From IMG/VR virus record IMGVR_UViG_3300010399_000008, positions 501-64,500 of that record: a stretch of 64,000 nt of DNA. The stretch is one strand, 5' to 3'. This DNA comes from a virus (taxonomy: Duplodnaviria; Caudoviricetes). Both the position numbers and the translations under genes were made by a program. Positions 48,166-57,375 of the stretch are shown piece by piece. Every line of letters begins with the position of its first letter. Positions within the stretch are counted from its first letter, which is position 1. The notes beneath the pieces are model-generated. The model saw only the letters and a program-made list of their open reading frames with translations, made no database searches and was not told the DNA's origin.

Positions 48166-48797
48166 GTCGCTTTACCTCACCGCTGAGAATCGAAGACACG
48201 GGCGTTGAACGAGACGGCCGTGCGATCTGGCTCGTGCTCGACTCGTTCGAATATGAAATCGGTGCAGAGGGAAGCGGCTACTTCATTCGAGTCCCATCTG
48301 GATTTGAAACGGACTTCGCGAGCATCCCGCGTGGATTGTCCTTCGTGAAGCTGGTGTTCTACTTGCTTGGTGTTGCGGCAATTACTGGTGTGATTCTGAT
48401 TGCACTGAAGTTGTTTTCTATCATGCCACCGACTTGGCTTTTCTCGATCCTCTGGGTGCTGCTGGGGGCGCTCGTTTTAATCGGCGTGTTGTTGAACATC
48501 TTGAATCTGCTGCCACCTTGGGGCGAGTACAGGAAGCCGGCCGTCCTTCACGATTTCCTCTACCGCAAGGCCAGTGGATTTTCCAAGGTCGTTGGCGATG
48601 CGATTTTTTATGAGGCGATGGAAATCAGCGGCGTTAAGTTTTGGAAGCGATATTTCATTTATCTGGCGGTCTCGTACTTCGGTCTTTCAGCGTATCGATG
48701 GGAGCAGACGGCACCAAAACATACCGAAGTCAAGATGATTGAACCGGGCACTGGCGAGGTGAAGGAAGCGTTCAAGGAGGATCCACCCAAGCCATGA
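48162..48797 (+). CDS. DUF1353-family protein with inserted two-TM hairpin
   Basis: VP.GFETDFASIPR ... AVLHDFLY ... D.IFYEAM. Confidence 0.8.
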   Translation: MSRFTSPLRIEDTGVERDGRAIWLVLDSFEYEIGAEGSGYFIRVPSGFETDFASIPRGLSFVKLVFYLLGVAAITGVILIALKLFSIMPPTWLFSILWVLLGALVLIGVLLNILNLLPPWGEYRKPAVLHDFLYRKASGFSKVVGDAIFYEAMEISGVKFWKRYFIYLAVSYFGLSAYRWEQTAPKHTEVKMIEPGTGEVKEAFKEDPPKP

Positions 48798-49201
48798 GAC
48801 CAAGATACGTCCCATTCCTGTTGTTGGCATGCGTAGCGCTCTGGCGTGTTGCGTTTGCAGATGCTCCGACACCGCAGTTTGTGATGCCGGCCAGAATCGT
48901 TTCGGTTCACGATGGCGACACGGTGACGGCTGAAATAACAGTTCGACTCAATGTGAGGCTCATTGATTGCTGGGCACCGGAAGTCACAGGCAAGGAAAAG
49001 CCTGAAGGATTGAAGTCGAAAGCGCGTCTCACCGAACTGGCGAGCGGTAAGAACGGAACGCTGACGATCCCGATTGGCGACGACCTTGGTGATTCGTTCA
49101 CCTTCGGCAGAGTTTTAGCTCGTCTCAATGTCGACGGAAAAGATATCAGCGAGATCATGGTCGAAGAGAAGTTCGCGACGAAAGTGAAGGCGAAGAAGTG
49201 A
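48794..49201 (+). CDS. Exported thermonuclease (SNase-like)
   Basis: Signal peptide; V.DGDTV, VRL....APE, FGRVLA. Confidence 0.85.
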   Translation: MRPRYVPFLLLACVALWRVAFADAPTPQFVMPARIVSVHDGDTVTAEITVRLNVRLIDCWAPEVTGKEKPEGLKSKARLTELASGKNGTLTIPIGDDLGDSFTFGRVLARLNVDGKDISEIMVEEKFATKVKAKK

Positions 49202-49995
49202 GCAAAGCCATCTCCCTCCATCTTGGTCTGAACGCCCTCGACCCCGACCAATACGAGGGTTGGGACGGTCAGCTTGTCGCATGCGAAGCCGACGCGAAGG
49301 ATATGGAATCGATCTGCAAGAAAAAGAAGTTTGCGAAATCTACCGTATTGCTGACTCGCAATGCGGATTCGTTATCGGTGAAGTTGTCGATTTCAGATGC
49401 AGCCTTTTCGCTGATCGCCGGCGACTTGTTCGTGCTCACGTACAGCGGACACGGTGGCCAAGTTCCCGACCGCAATGGTGACGACTCCGACAGCAAGGAC
49501 GAGACGTGGTGCCTGTACGACCGCGAGGTAATCGACGACGAACTTTATGCAATGCTTGCCAAGTTCTCGTCAGGTGTGCGTATCCTCGTGCTGTCCGATT
49601 CATGCCATTCAGGGACGGTCACGCGCGTCATGCCGAAGCGCAAGGGACGATTCCGACTGATGCCACCAGACGTGGCAGAGCGTGTCTATCGGGCACATAA
49701 GAAGCAGTACGACAAGATCCAGGCAGACACGAAAGCAGCCGCCAAGGTCACGGTCAAGGCGTCTGTGATCCTGATTAGCGGCTGTCAAGACAATCAGCTA
49801 TCGGATGATGGCGACCGCAATGGACTGTTCACGGAGAAACTTCGCAAGGTCTGGGACAACGGCAAATTCAAGGCAGGGCATCGGCAGTTCCGCAACGAGA
49901 TCGCAGCGAAGATGCCTGAGTGGCAAAGCCCAAACTATTACACTGTCGGCAAGCGGCTGACGTCATTTGAGAAAAGCGTACCGTTTACGAAGTAG
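49198..49995 (+). CDS. Caspase-family (C14) metacaspase-like protease
   Basis: YSGHGGQ (His), SDSCHSG (Cys), SGCQD.Q.S.D, NG.FT..L, Q.P. Confidence 0.92.
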   Translation: MSKAISLHLGLNALDPDQYEGWDGQLVACEADAKDMESICKKKKFAKSTVLLTRNADSLSVKLSISDAAFSLIAGDLFVLTYSGHGGQVPDRNGDDSDSKDETWCLYDREVIDDELYAMLAKFSSGVRILVLSDSCHSGTVTRVMPKRKGRFRLMPPDVAERVYRAHKKQYDKIQADTKAAAKVTVKASVILISGCQDNQLSDDGDRNGLFTEKLRKVWDNGKFKAGHRQFRNEIAAKMPEWQSPNYYTVGKRLTSFEKSVPFTK

Positions 49996-50075
49996 GTTTT
50001 TGGAGAGACCCCGGGTTTCTCCTGGGTGCTTCACCGACTGCAGCGGTGGGGCATTCTCACACAAAGGAATTATCC

Positions 50076-50264
50076 ATGTCCAAGGACAAAGACCACGAAG
50101 AGAAGCGGCTTGTAGACACGTCCGGTGAAGAACAGATGCAATTCGTCCGCGATAACCGGCGAGTCGATACGGCACAAGCGATTCTGGAGTTCGGCGAGTT
50201 CGTCATTAACGCCGCGAAGGAAATGTCGCAGGACGATCAGGGGCGAGCGAGACCGAGGTACTAA
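50076..50264 (+). CDS. Hypothetical protein
   Basis: AAGGA SD, 62 aa. Confidence 0.5.
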   Translation: MSKDKDHEEKRLVDTSGEEQMQFVRDNRRVDTAQAILEFGEFVINAAKEMSQDDQGRARPRY

Positions 50265-50279
50265 CCAGGAGCATTTTTG

Positions 50280-50615
50280 ATGGCTAGCTACGACGAGGAA
50301 ACAAGACAATTGGCCGCATCGCTATCCGGAAACACTGTTATTGAGTCCAGCAAGTTGGCTAACACGATGACCGACTTGGCTACTCGGCTCGCAGAGGTGA
50401 TCGTCACAGAAGCCATGAAGATGGCACAGAGACAGATTTGCGGAACAGAATCGTTTCCAGAGAATTCCAATACGGCGGCGGCTACCGAGATGCGTCAATG
50501 GGTTCGCGAACTGCGCGAATATGGAATCATGGATCAACGAGAACGCGACGATTATTTATCGCGAATCACCGACTACGAAACGCATCATGTGCCAGAACTG
50601 GATGCGGTTGGATAA
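50280..50615 (+). CDS. Hypothetical protein
   Basis: AGGAG SD. Confidence 0.55.
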   Translation: MASYDEETRQLAASLSGNTVIESSKLANTMTDLATRLAEVIVTEAMKMAQRQICGTESFPENSNTAAATEMRQWVRELREYGIMDQRERDDYLSRITDYETHHVPELDAVG

Positions 50616-50621
50616 CCATAG

Positions 50622-50975
50622 ATGATTTTTGTACTGGTCCTGCTGGGTGCGACATTTGGAACGCACCGCTACAGCGCGGACCTAGTTGAACTCAATACTG
50701 TTTACTCACCAGAAACTGGCAAAGAGGTTTTGACACAAGTTATCTGGTGGAATTGGGACTATAAGAAAAACGATTACGTCGTTCGGGACTGGCGGCTGAT
50801 TGCAAAGTGCAGCGAGCCGTATCGGACTAAGGATGGCTTTGTGGTTCGATGGAATGACAACGGGACTCAGAGGGAAGTGAGATCGAAGATGTGCAAACGG
50901 ACTCACCTACTCTACGACCCTGAGGTATTCAATCGTCAGAAGGTATCCGAATGCGATAGGAACAGGATCAGATGA
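50622..50975 (+). CDS. Putative exported protein
   Basis: Hydrophobic N-terminus; DL.ELN..Y...G....Q.IWW.W motif. Confidence 0.55.
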   Translation: MIFVLVLLGATFGTHRYSADLVELNTVYSPETGKEVLTQVIWWNWDYKKNDYVVRDWRLIAKCSEPYRTKDGFVVRWNDNGTQREVRSKMCKRTHLLYDPEVFNRQKVSECDRNRIR

Positions 50976-51121
50976 ACGCCGTATGGATCATCGCCGCGTT
51001 CGTACTTGGCATTGTGCTCGGCTATTGCATCGGACTGTTTAACGGAGCTTGGCTGGATAAGGCGCGGTACGACGGGGATGACATTGACGACGTTGGCGGA
51101 AACTAGAAAGGGAGGTGTGAG

Positions 51122-51331
51122 ATGTTCGCTTTAGTTTGGGGCTTGTCATTTGTGGAACTTGCGGTGTGCATCATTGGCTTCGCGGCCATCGTCGCGATTG
51201 TGATGATCGCACTACGTAAGTTCGGGATCACCCCTCCCGAGTGGTTTATTCAAGTTTTATGGGTGCTGGTTGTCGCTTTCGTGTGCATTGCAGCAGTGTT
51301 CCTGATTCAGTCCATGATGGCAGGATCCTGA
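51122..51331 (+). CDS. Two-TM membrane protein (holin candidate)
   Basis: 69 aa, two hydrophobic helices, GGAGGT SD. Confidence 0.5.
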   Translation: MFALVWGLSFVELAVCIIGFAAIVAIVMIALRKFGITPPEWFIQVLWVLVVAFVCIAAVFLIQSMMAGS

Positions 51332-51351
51332 TCCCTGTTGATGGGTCGCAT

Positions 51352-51822
51352 ATGACCGACAAGTCATCCAAATGTGATTCGCCGACGAACCACGAGCTGA
51401 GAACGTGGCAAGCGGATACCACGCACCTGCGAGAAATCATCAACGAACGAGATCGTCTATACCAATCACAATTCAAGGCAATCGAGGAAAAAACATCGCT
51501 GGCTTTGTCGGCATCGAAAGAGGCAGTGAGCAAAGCCGAGACTGCGACGGAAAAACGATTCGAAGCAGTCAACGAATTTCGCTCGACACTGAGTGACCAA
51601 GCGGCGAACCTGATACCGCGTAGCGAAGCGAATGTCCGATTCGGTGGTATCGAAGGCAAGCTGGATGAATTCAAGAGTGAAGTGAAAAAAGAGATCAGTA
51701 GCCTACGTGAGTCACGCAGCGAATCGGGTGGCAAGAGCCAAACGTGGGTTCTTATAGTCGGCGTGCTATTGAGCGTACTTGGCCCAGCGGTTGGGGTGCT
51801 GATGGTTCTGTTGAAAACATAA
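51352..51822 (+). CDS. Coiled-coil protein with C-terminal TM
   Basis: KEAV.KAE.ATEKRF..VNEFR..LSDQ motif, seen in phage lysis-region genes. Confidence 0.65.
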   Translation: MTDKSSKCDSPTNHELRTWQADTTHLREIINERDRLYQSQFKAIEEKTSLALSASKEAVSKAETATEKRFEAVNEFRSTLSDQAANLIPRSEANVRFGGIEGKLDEFKSEVKKEISSLRESRSESGGKSQTWVLIVGVLLSVLGPAVGVLMVLLKT

Positions 51823-51823
51823 A

Positions 51824-51909
51824 CACACGTACCGGGAGAGCGTGTGCGGTCAGGTCCAGCTACATGGACTTCTCCCAAGTTGCGACGGTGTGTAGCCACC
51901 GCCGCCTGA
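51824..51909 (+). ncRNA. Compact double-pseudoknot/kissing-loop RNA candidate
   Basis: Four stems plus two perfect 6-bp tertiary pairings (GGGAGA/TCTCCC; loops GCTACA/TGTAGC). Confidence 0.6.
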
Positions 51910-51922
51910 GATGAGGTGTTTT

Positions 51923-52102
51923 ATGGCTTTGAAACCCAAGGACAAAGTGAAGGTCAAGGATGGCGAGGAACTGGAGGCATCGCATAAGGGTGCGCTCGGA
52001 ACCATCACGTCCGTGTCCGTGGACGGCGACACAATCGGCGTTACGTTCGCCGGCGTCGAGGGAACACATTCCTACGGCGTGGACCAATTGGTGAAGCAGT
52101 AG
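51923..52102 (+). CDS. Small KOW/SH3-like protein
   Basis: LKP.DKVKV......G..GTI..V.....V.F; GAGGT SD. Confidence 0.65.
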   Translation: MALKPKDKVKVKDGEELEASHKGALGTITSVSVDGDTIGVTFAGVEGTHSYGVDQLVKQ

Positions 52103-52256
52103 AGGACTTGGCCACGCTCGCCTGGTCAGGGATGACTGGGCGGGATTGGTCTTTGAGATAACAAAAAAGCCCCAGTGTTTGCAGCACCAGGGCAATTGAA
52201 CGAGCCGGGTAAAGCGGCCCTACCTAGTAATCGAGAAAAGGCTAGGGCGACCGGAA

Positions 52257-52523
52257 ATGGAAAATCCCGAGAACGTGGAAAATCCGCAAAATAAATTCAG
52301 GACACATCGGCCGCCATCGATCGACGAAGAGCAGGACGATCACATTGGAAGGTTGGAGGCAAGGGTGTGTGAGCTGGAAAAGCACTTTTCCCACGGTGGG
52401 AGAGTTTGGGCGCTGGAAAACCAGAAGTTGTTTTTTTCCGGGCTGGCCTGTGCGTTTACAGGAACCGGCGCGTTTACATGGTATTTGATCGAACGATTTT
52501 TAGAGGCGTTGCATAAACCGTGA
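52257..52523 (+). CDS. Small membrane protein (hemolysin/holin-like)
   Basis: R...LE coiled segments plus a C-terminal TM. Confidence 0.5.
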   Translation: MENPENVENPQNKFRTHRPPSIDEEQDDHIGRLEARVCELEKHFSHGGRVWALENQKLFFSGLACAFTGTGAFTWYLIERFLEALHKP

Positions 52524-52772
52524 GTTCCTACGCAGCACAAATCGGAATCTCGTACCTCGCTGTCGTCTGCGTGTTGCTGAGCTACTCGTTATCCGGTACT
52601 GGACCGTGGCGGCACGCTCACTGGACCGGTAAGGCCACGCTGCTGCTGTTGGCTTGGATGACGCTGCCGCACTCACCACAACCAATTGAACCGCGATTGT
52701 CCGAGCAGAAGCAAATCCTGATGGAACGCATCGCATCGCATTACGCCGCACAACGACTTGAAAGGGAACAGA

Positions 52773-53081
52773 ATGGCGACATTAGCACAAAGTAAAAAGC
52801 GGTTGGACAAACTCCAGGCACAACTAGATGCCGCGTCTACAACTCGGAACGCACGCATCGAGAGGAAAAGGAAGGAACTGCTCAGGAAGTATGGAAGCAA
52901 GCCACCTCGCAAGAGTCGCTCACATTCGACGTGTGACGCCGAAGAGGCAGCTCAGGAAGCTCAACTTGAAGTTGCCGCACAATCGGCAATCGACGCACAC
53001 GACGCCTTGCTGCAGTCGGAATACGAGGAAGCGTTCTACGCCTACCTCTGGCAAGTATGGCAGCAATGCTTAGAGAGCTAA
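52773..53081 (+). CDS. Hypothetical coiled-coil protein
   Basis: 102 aa. Confidence 0.5.
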   Translation: MATLAQSKKRLDKLQAQLDAASTTRNARIERKRKELLRKYGSKPPRKSRSHSTCDAEEAAQEAQLEVAAQSAIDAHDALLQSEYEEAFYAYLWQVWQQCLES

Positions 53082-53331
53082 CCAGCGAATCAATGCGGCG
53101 AGGCCGGCACCAATGAACACCATGAGCATGAGACCGAATCCGAACGCAACGCCGGCAAAGAAGAACTGCCGAAGACTCGGACCCTTGGGACCGAATATCG
53201 GTTGCCAGCGCGATGGCTTTTCGTTCATTCATGGTAGATCGGCACACGGATTAGCGAGACTTTAGGACTGGAATCGACGTTTGCAGAAGGTGCTGACTTA
53301 GGAACAAACGAAAAGAGATAGGTGATTTGTC

Positions 53332-53772
53332 ATGTCGGATATGAGCGCAGCGGACCTAGCCAAGTGGAAAATCGAGTTCACCACCGATCCAGGCATCCCG
53401 CCGATGGGCTACTTGGGCAAGACACACGCGGAGATCGAAAAGCTGCTACTCACCACCGAACGCGATGTTGATAACGACCAGGAGTTGAAAACTGGTCGAC
53501 TCTTTGAGCAACTCGACCCAGTGGAGTATTTGGCCGTATCCGATGGCACCGTCGGCAACGCAGCCAAACGGGTTGTGCTGACCGACCTGCTACGCCTGGG
53601 CGACATCAACCCGGCCGCCAAGGTGTTTCGCAAGGCAATCGATTTCGTTTTCGGTTCGACAAGTGAAACGGCGAAGAACCTCAACAAACTGAAGAAGCGG
53701 AAAGGAAGACGCTGGGAAGAACTTGGGCTACCGAAGCCCGATACGTCCGATATTGCCAACTCTCTCAAATAA
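53332..53772 (+). CDS. Putative virion-associated protein, paralog A
   Basis: Shares K.E...DP, G.INP, FG...E and SDIAN with the next gene. Confidence 0.6.
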   Translation: MSDMSAADLAKWKIEFTTDPGIPPMGYLGKTHAEIEKLLLTTERDVDNDQELKTGRLFEQLDPVEYLAVSDGTVGNAAKRVVLTDLLRLGDINPAAKVFRKAIDFVFGSTSETAKNLNKLKKRKGRRWEELGLPKPDTSDIANSLK

Positions 53773-53784
53773 AGGGGTAGAACC

Positions 53785-54237
53785 ATGTACGACCTGCTAG
53801 CCGACAAATTAGCCATCAAAGCGGAACTAGCAAACGATCCGTTGGACCTTGGTCTAACCGTTTTGGAAGCGGATGACGCAGTCAATGCGGTGGCGCTGAA
53901 CCTCGTGCGCACTGTCTGCCAGATCGACCGCGAGACAATTCCGGCGAGTGAAATAAACAAGGCAATCGACCGTGACGAGTTTGCGGCATTGTCGGCATCT
54001 GATCGTCAGTGGCTCGGAATGATTACCGCCGGTGGTTCGATTAATCCCAAAGCTGGCGGAGAAGTCCGTGAAGGACTGTTGCAGTTGTTCGGGCCAGCAA
54101 CGGAGTCTCGCGCAAGTCTCACGGCCCTGCTGACGGAGTCTGCCAGCCGAATTGTGCAACTCTACAAAGCCGGCACGCTGTCGAAGGGAGATGACGTTAC
54201 AGCATCTGACATTGCCAACGCACGGAACGCCACATGA
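53785..54237 (+). CDS. Putative virion-associated protein, paralog B
   Basis: Same motifs as 53332-53772. Confidence 0.6.
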   Translation: MYDLLADKLAIKAELANDPLDLGLTVLEADDAVNAVALNLVRTVCQIDRETIPASEINKAIDRDEFAALSASDRQWLGMITAGGSINPKAGGEVREGLLQLFGPATESRASLTALLTESASRIVQLYKAGTLSKGDDVTASDIANARNAT

Positions 54238-54476
54238 AACCCAGCGAACTCAACGCCCTCATCGGCGACGAAACGAAAAGTTCCGAGGAGCGCGAACAAG
54301 CGATTGCCGATAAGGCGGTTCTTATCAACCGCGTCGGCGAGAAGATTCGCAGCATGCGCGACGGCGGAAAACTCACCGGGCAATTGTTCGCCGATTTCCG
54401 TGAGTCGCTGTACTCCATTCCCGAGGACGACAGGGAGGCGGCGGTTGACGCGAAGATAGCCGAACTGGGGCAATGA
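54234..54476 (+). CDS. Hypothetical protein
   Basis: 80 aa, coupled. Confidence 0.55.
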   Translation: MKPSELNALIGDETKSSEEREQAIADKAVLINRVGEKIRSMRDGGKLTGQLFADFRESLYSIPEDDREAAVDAKIAELGQ

Positions 54477-54479
54477 CCA

Positions 54480-55136
54480 ATGTACGTCTCAGATGCTCGA
54501 AAAGAATTTGTTCTGCAATTGATGGTTCAGTGCGGAGTTGGAATTGATCAATGGACACCAGAACTGATCTCGAAAGTCACCATCACAGCCAACGCCTTGG
54601 CGGACGGAATAGCGAGCGAGGATTGCATGGGAACCAGTAAGCAATACGCGATCGACGAGACGACCATCATCTTCGGCGGGGAGGTTGGCGACGATATCGC
54701 GTGGGGTTGCGCCGCACTGGCCAACGGTGCCGGCCGTCAATCATCTCTCAAGGATCTTGGCGCGGGCACAACCGCTCGCAGCGACCGATTCCATTACCGG
54801 ATCAAGTCGGATGGATGGCAGGCAACCCCGGCAATTCCGAACACGCTGGACATTCACATCAAAACCAGCGACGGGACGACTCCCGACAATGACGACGGGC
54901 TAACCGATGCAGCAGTTTCGGCCATCGACAAGCTCTTAAACCTGGATTTTATCGATGAGATCGTTTGCGACGAGGCTGCTGCGAATATCCCCGCTGCGAC
55001 CGAGGGCTACTTGTTCATTCCTCAGCGACACGTCGGATTTGTCGCATGGAATCGTGGAGGGTCGGCACTCAAGAACTCGACCGCATCCGTCAAGCTCTAC
55101 CTCACACCCCGGCCGCTCCAGCAGCAAGCCTCATGA
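54480..55136 (+). CDS. Putative structural beta-sandwich protein
   Basis: LA.GAGRQS...DLG and WN.GG.AL; precedes the LamG gene. Confidence 0.55.
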   Translation: MYVSDARKEFVLQLMVQCGVGIDQWTPELISKVTITANALADGIASEDCMGTSKQYAIDETTIIFGGEVGDDIAWGCAALANGAGRQSSLKDLGAGTTARSDRFHYRIKSDGWQATPAIPNTLDIHIKTSDGTTPDNDDGLTDAAVSAIDKLLNLDFIDEIVCDEAAANIPAATEGYLFIPQRHVGFVAWNRGGSALKNSTASVKLYLTPRPLQQQAS

Positions 55137-55951
55137 TCGTTGTTTGCAAATCACGATGCGAGAAAGGCGGACAGATCCTTGATGTCCGCCAGCCGGTCAA
55201 CATGCGCATTGCTAATCGGCTCGGGATTGTGTCGTGGTGGACTTCATTCGGCAGTGGCGGCAATCGTTTTAGGGATTTGATGCGGCGAAATCACGGAACA
55301 TTGAACGGCGGCATGTCCCACAGGTCACCGGCTGGCCGAAGGGGTGGTTATGGCTCGTTCTATTTTGATGAGGTCAACGACTATATTCGCGTGTCCCACA
55401 ACAGCACGTTGTCGATTACAAGTGCCATCACGCTGCTGTGCTGGGTAAACCCGGCAAGTGTTCCGGGTGGCTCGGAGCAACACCGACTCGTGAGTAAAGG
55501 TGTCGACAAATACGTTTTATTCTTTGACCCGTTATCACTGGTTCCTCAATTCTACCTGTCTGGAGTTAGCACGTCTCAGTTCTCGTTTACTGCTGGAGCA
55601 ACTATTGGAAAGTGGTCGCTACTTGGTGCCTCATATGATGCGAATGGCGGAACGAATAACCGCCGAACGTACATGAACGGAAAGCTCGACAGACAAGCAT
55701 CTCACACGGGGAGCATTTCGACCGACACAGTGGATCTGACGATAGGCGCGTATCATACCGGCTCATCTTTTATGAGCGGATATATGGACGACATCGTTAT
55801 CGCCAGCCGTCCGTGGACGAGTCGAGAGCACCTATGGTGGTACAACGATTCAGTCCATGGGCACCCAAAGATGCTGAATTGGATTGAAGATGGCGGGCAC
55901 TCGGCGACTGGAAATCGGCGACGGCGATTCATGATGGCTTGTGCAGAATGA
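55133..55951 (+). CDS. LamG/concanavalin-A-like domain protein (putative receptor binding)
   Basis: NHGTL, F....DY..V, IT...WV.P, W......YD, Y.NG, L.IG, G..DD..I. Confidence 0.82.
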   Translation: MIVVCKSRCEKGGQILDVRQPVNMRIANRLGIVSWWTSFGSGGNRFRDLMRRNHGTLNGGMSHRSPAGRRGGYGSFYFDEVNDYIRVSHNSTLSITSAITLLCWVNPASVPGGSEQHRLVSKGVDKYVLFFDPLSLVPQFYLSGVSTSQFSFTAGATIGKWSLLGASYDANGGTNNRRTYMNGKLDRQASHTGSISTDTVDLTIGAYHTGSSFMSGYMDDIVIASRPWTSREHLWWYNDSVHGHPKMLNWIEDGGHSATGNRRRRFMMACAE

Positions 55952-56925
55952 TCCTAGCAAAACTATCAACTGCGATAACAATTGAGTTCGGTCCCGTACT
56001 GGACGCGGACGGGGCGACTTACGACAGCGCCGTCGTGGCTGACGTGAAGATCTGCAAGAACAATGGGACTCCTGCTGCGCTCAATGGTTCGGCTACGTTG
56101 ACGCTAACGAGTCTCGGAAAGTATGAACTCTTTCTGACAGCCGCAGACATTTCGGCCGTGGGATTCGCAACCATCGTGTTGGATAAGACGACATACATTG
56201 CTCCGCCGCGTGATCTGAATGTCCTTCCGGCTCAAGTGTACAATTCGCTAGTTGGTGGAACCGATACCCTCGATGTTACTGTAGCCGATGGTGGATTGTC
56301 CTTATCGAGCATCCCGTGGAATGCTGCCTGGGACGCAGAGATTGAGAGTGAGGTAACGGATGCGATCCTAGTGGCTGGCCTTTATTTAGCGGTCGGTACT
56401 GTCGATTCGTCAACCGCCACAACGGTGGACGTTGGTTTATCCATGCCGAATTCAGGAGTAAATCTCGTCGGTAATAGGCTTGTTATTCGCAGTGGCACGG
56501 GAGTATATCAATCTCGAAGAATCACCGCTGTTGCATCCACGACATTCACCGTAGACATTCCCTGGACCTCTAATCCCGCCAATGGAGATACGTATTCGAT
56601 TCTTCCCGGTGGCGCGGCGGATCTATCTAACACAACTGTGAAAATAAATTCCGGCATTACGAAGAACACGGCACTTGCCAATTTAGAGTTCTTCATGGCA
56701 TCGTCGTCGGATCACTTAACCGGTAAGACTGGTTTGACGATCACGGCGGAAAGGTCGATTGATGGCGGAGCGTTTGCGCCATGCACGAACGCCGCGGCAG
56801 AGGTATCAGCAGGTCTGTACAAGATTGACCTCAGCGCGGCTGACCTAAACGGTGATGTCGTGACATTCAAGTTCACAGGAACGGGGGCCGATCCGCGGCT
56901 GATAACTTTCAGGCCAACGCCATGA
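55948..56925 (+). CDS. Putative tail/baseplate-associated structural protein with duplicated Ig-like ends
   Basis: N- and C-terminal G.Y.L.L.AAD modules; GTG..QSR.I central motif. Confidence 0.55.
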   Translation: MILAKLSTAITIEFGPVLDADGATYDSAVVADVKICKNNGTPAALNGSATLTLTSLGKYELFLTAADISAVGFATIVLDKTTYIAPPRDLNVLPAQVYNSLVGGTDTLDVTVADGGLSLSSIPWNAAWDAEIESEVTDAILVAGLYLAVGTVDSSTATTVDVGLSMPNSGVNLVGNRLVIRSGTGVYQSRRITAVASTTFTVDIPWTSNPANGDTYSILPGGAADLSNTTVKINSGITKNTALANLEFFMASSSDHLTGKTGLTITAERSIDGGAFAPCTNAAAEVSAGLYKIDLSAADLNGDVVTFKFTGTGADPRLITFRPTP

Positions 56926-57375
56926 TTATCGATGCCATCAGTGGAGAAATGTACGGAGGAACGCATTACTTGCATGGTGGTGCGAAGGCGTGGGTGTGGG
57001 GAGGGAGTGTGTTAGCCGGACCATTGTCTGGTGCGTTGCTATGCGGCTCGGTGAGCGTGGAGCCATTGCTCATGGGGACGAGTAGCGTCAGTCCGTACCT
57101 GATTGGAGAGACGACGGTAACGCCATTGCTGACGGGTGACGTGGAGATTGTGGAATGCTGACAAGTAGACCATGCGTGTTGACTGGCGAAGTGCCAGAGG
57201 CTCACGATCCGAAGAAGAAGATTATTGTGCATCTGACTGGCGAAGGTCCGCACCGATCATTCTTACTCGGAGACAAAGTGTCCATGTTGCTTAATGAATT
57301 GCCTCACATTGGCACCGTGGAAAGCATCACCGACTCAGATGTGGTGTTGACACTTGTACGCGAAGAATCGAACTA

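Noticed and set aside
51879-51916. SAH riboswitch or hammerhead ribozyme identity for the structured RNA
   Set aside because: GTTGCGACGG...CCGCC resembles SAH but the GAGGAGCG/CGCTC core is absent; CTGAGATGA does not fit CUGANGA and there is no matching GAAA
29047-53327. Recurring AGATAGGTGATT motif (near 29047, 32278, 53316) as an operator
   Set aside because: AGGTGAT is an extended Shine-Dalgarno, and two of the three copies sit just before start codons
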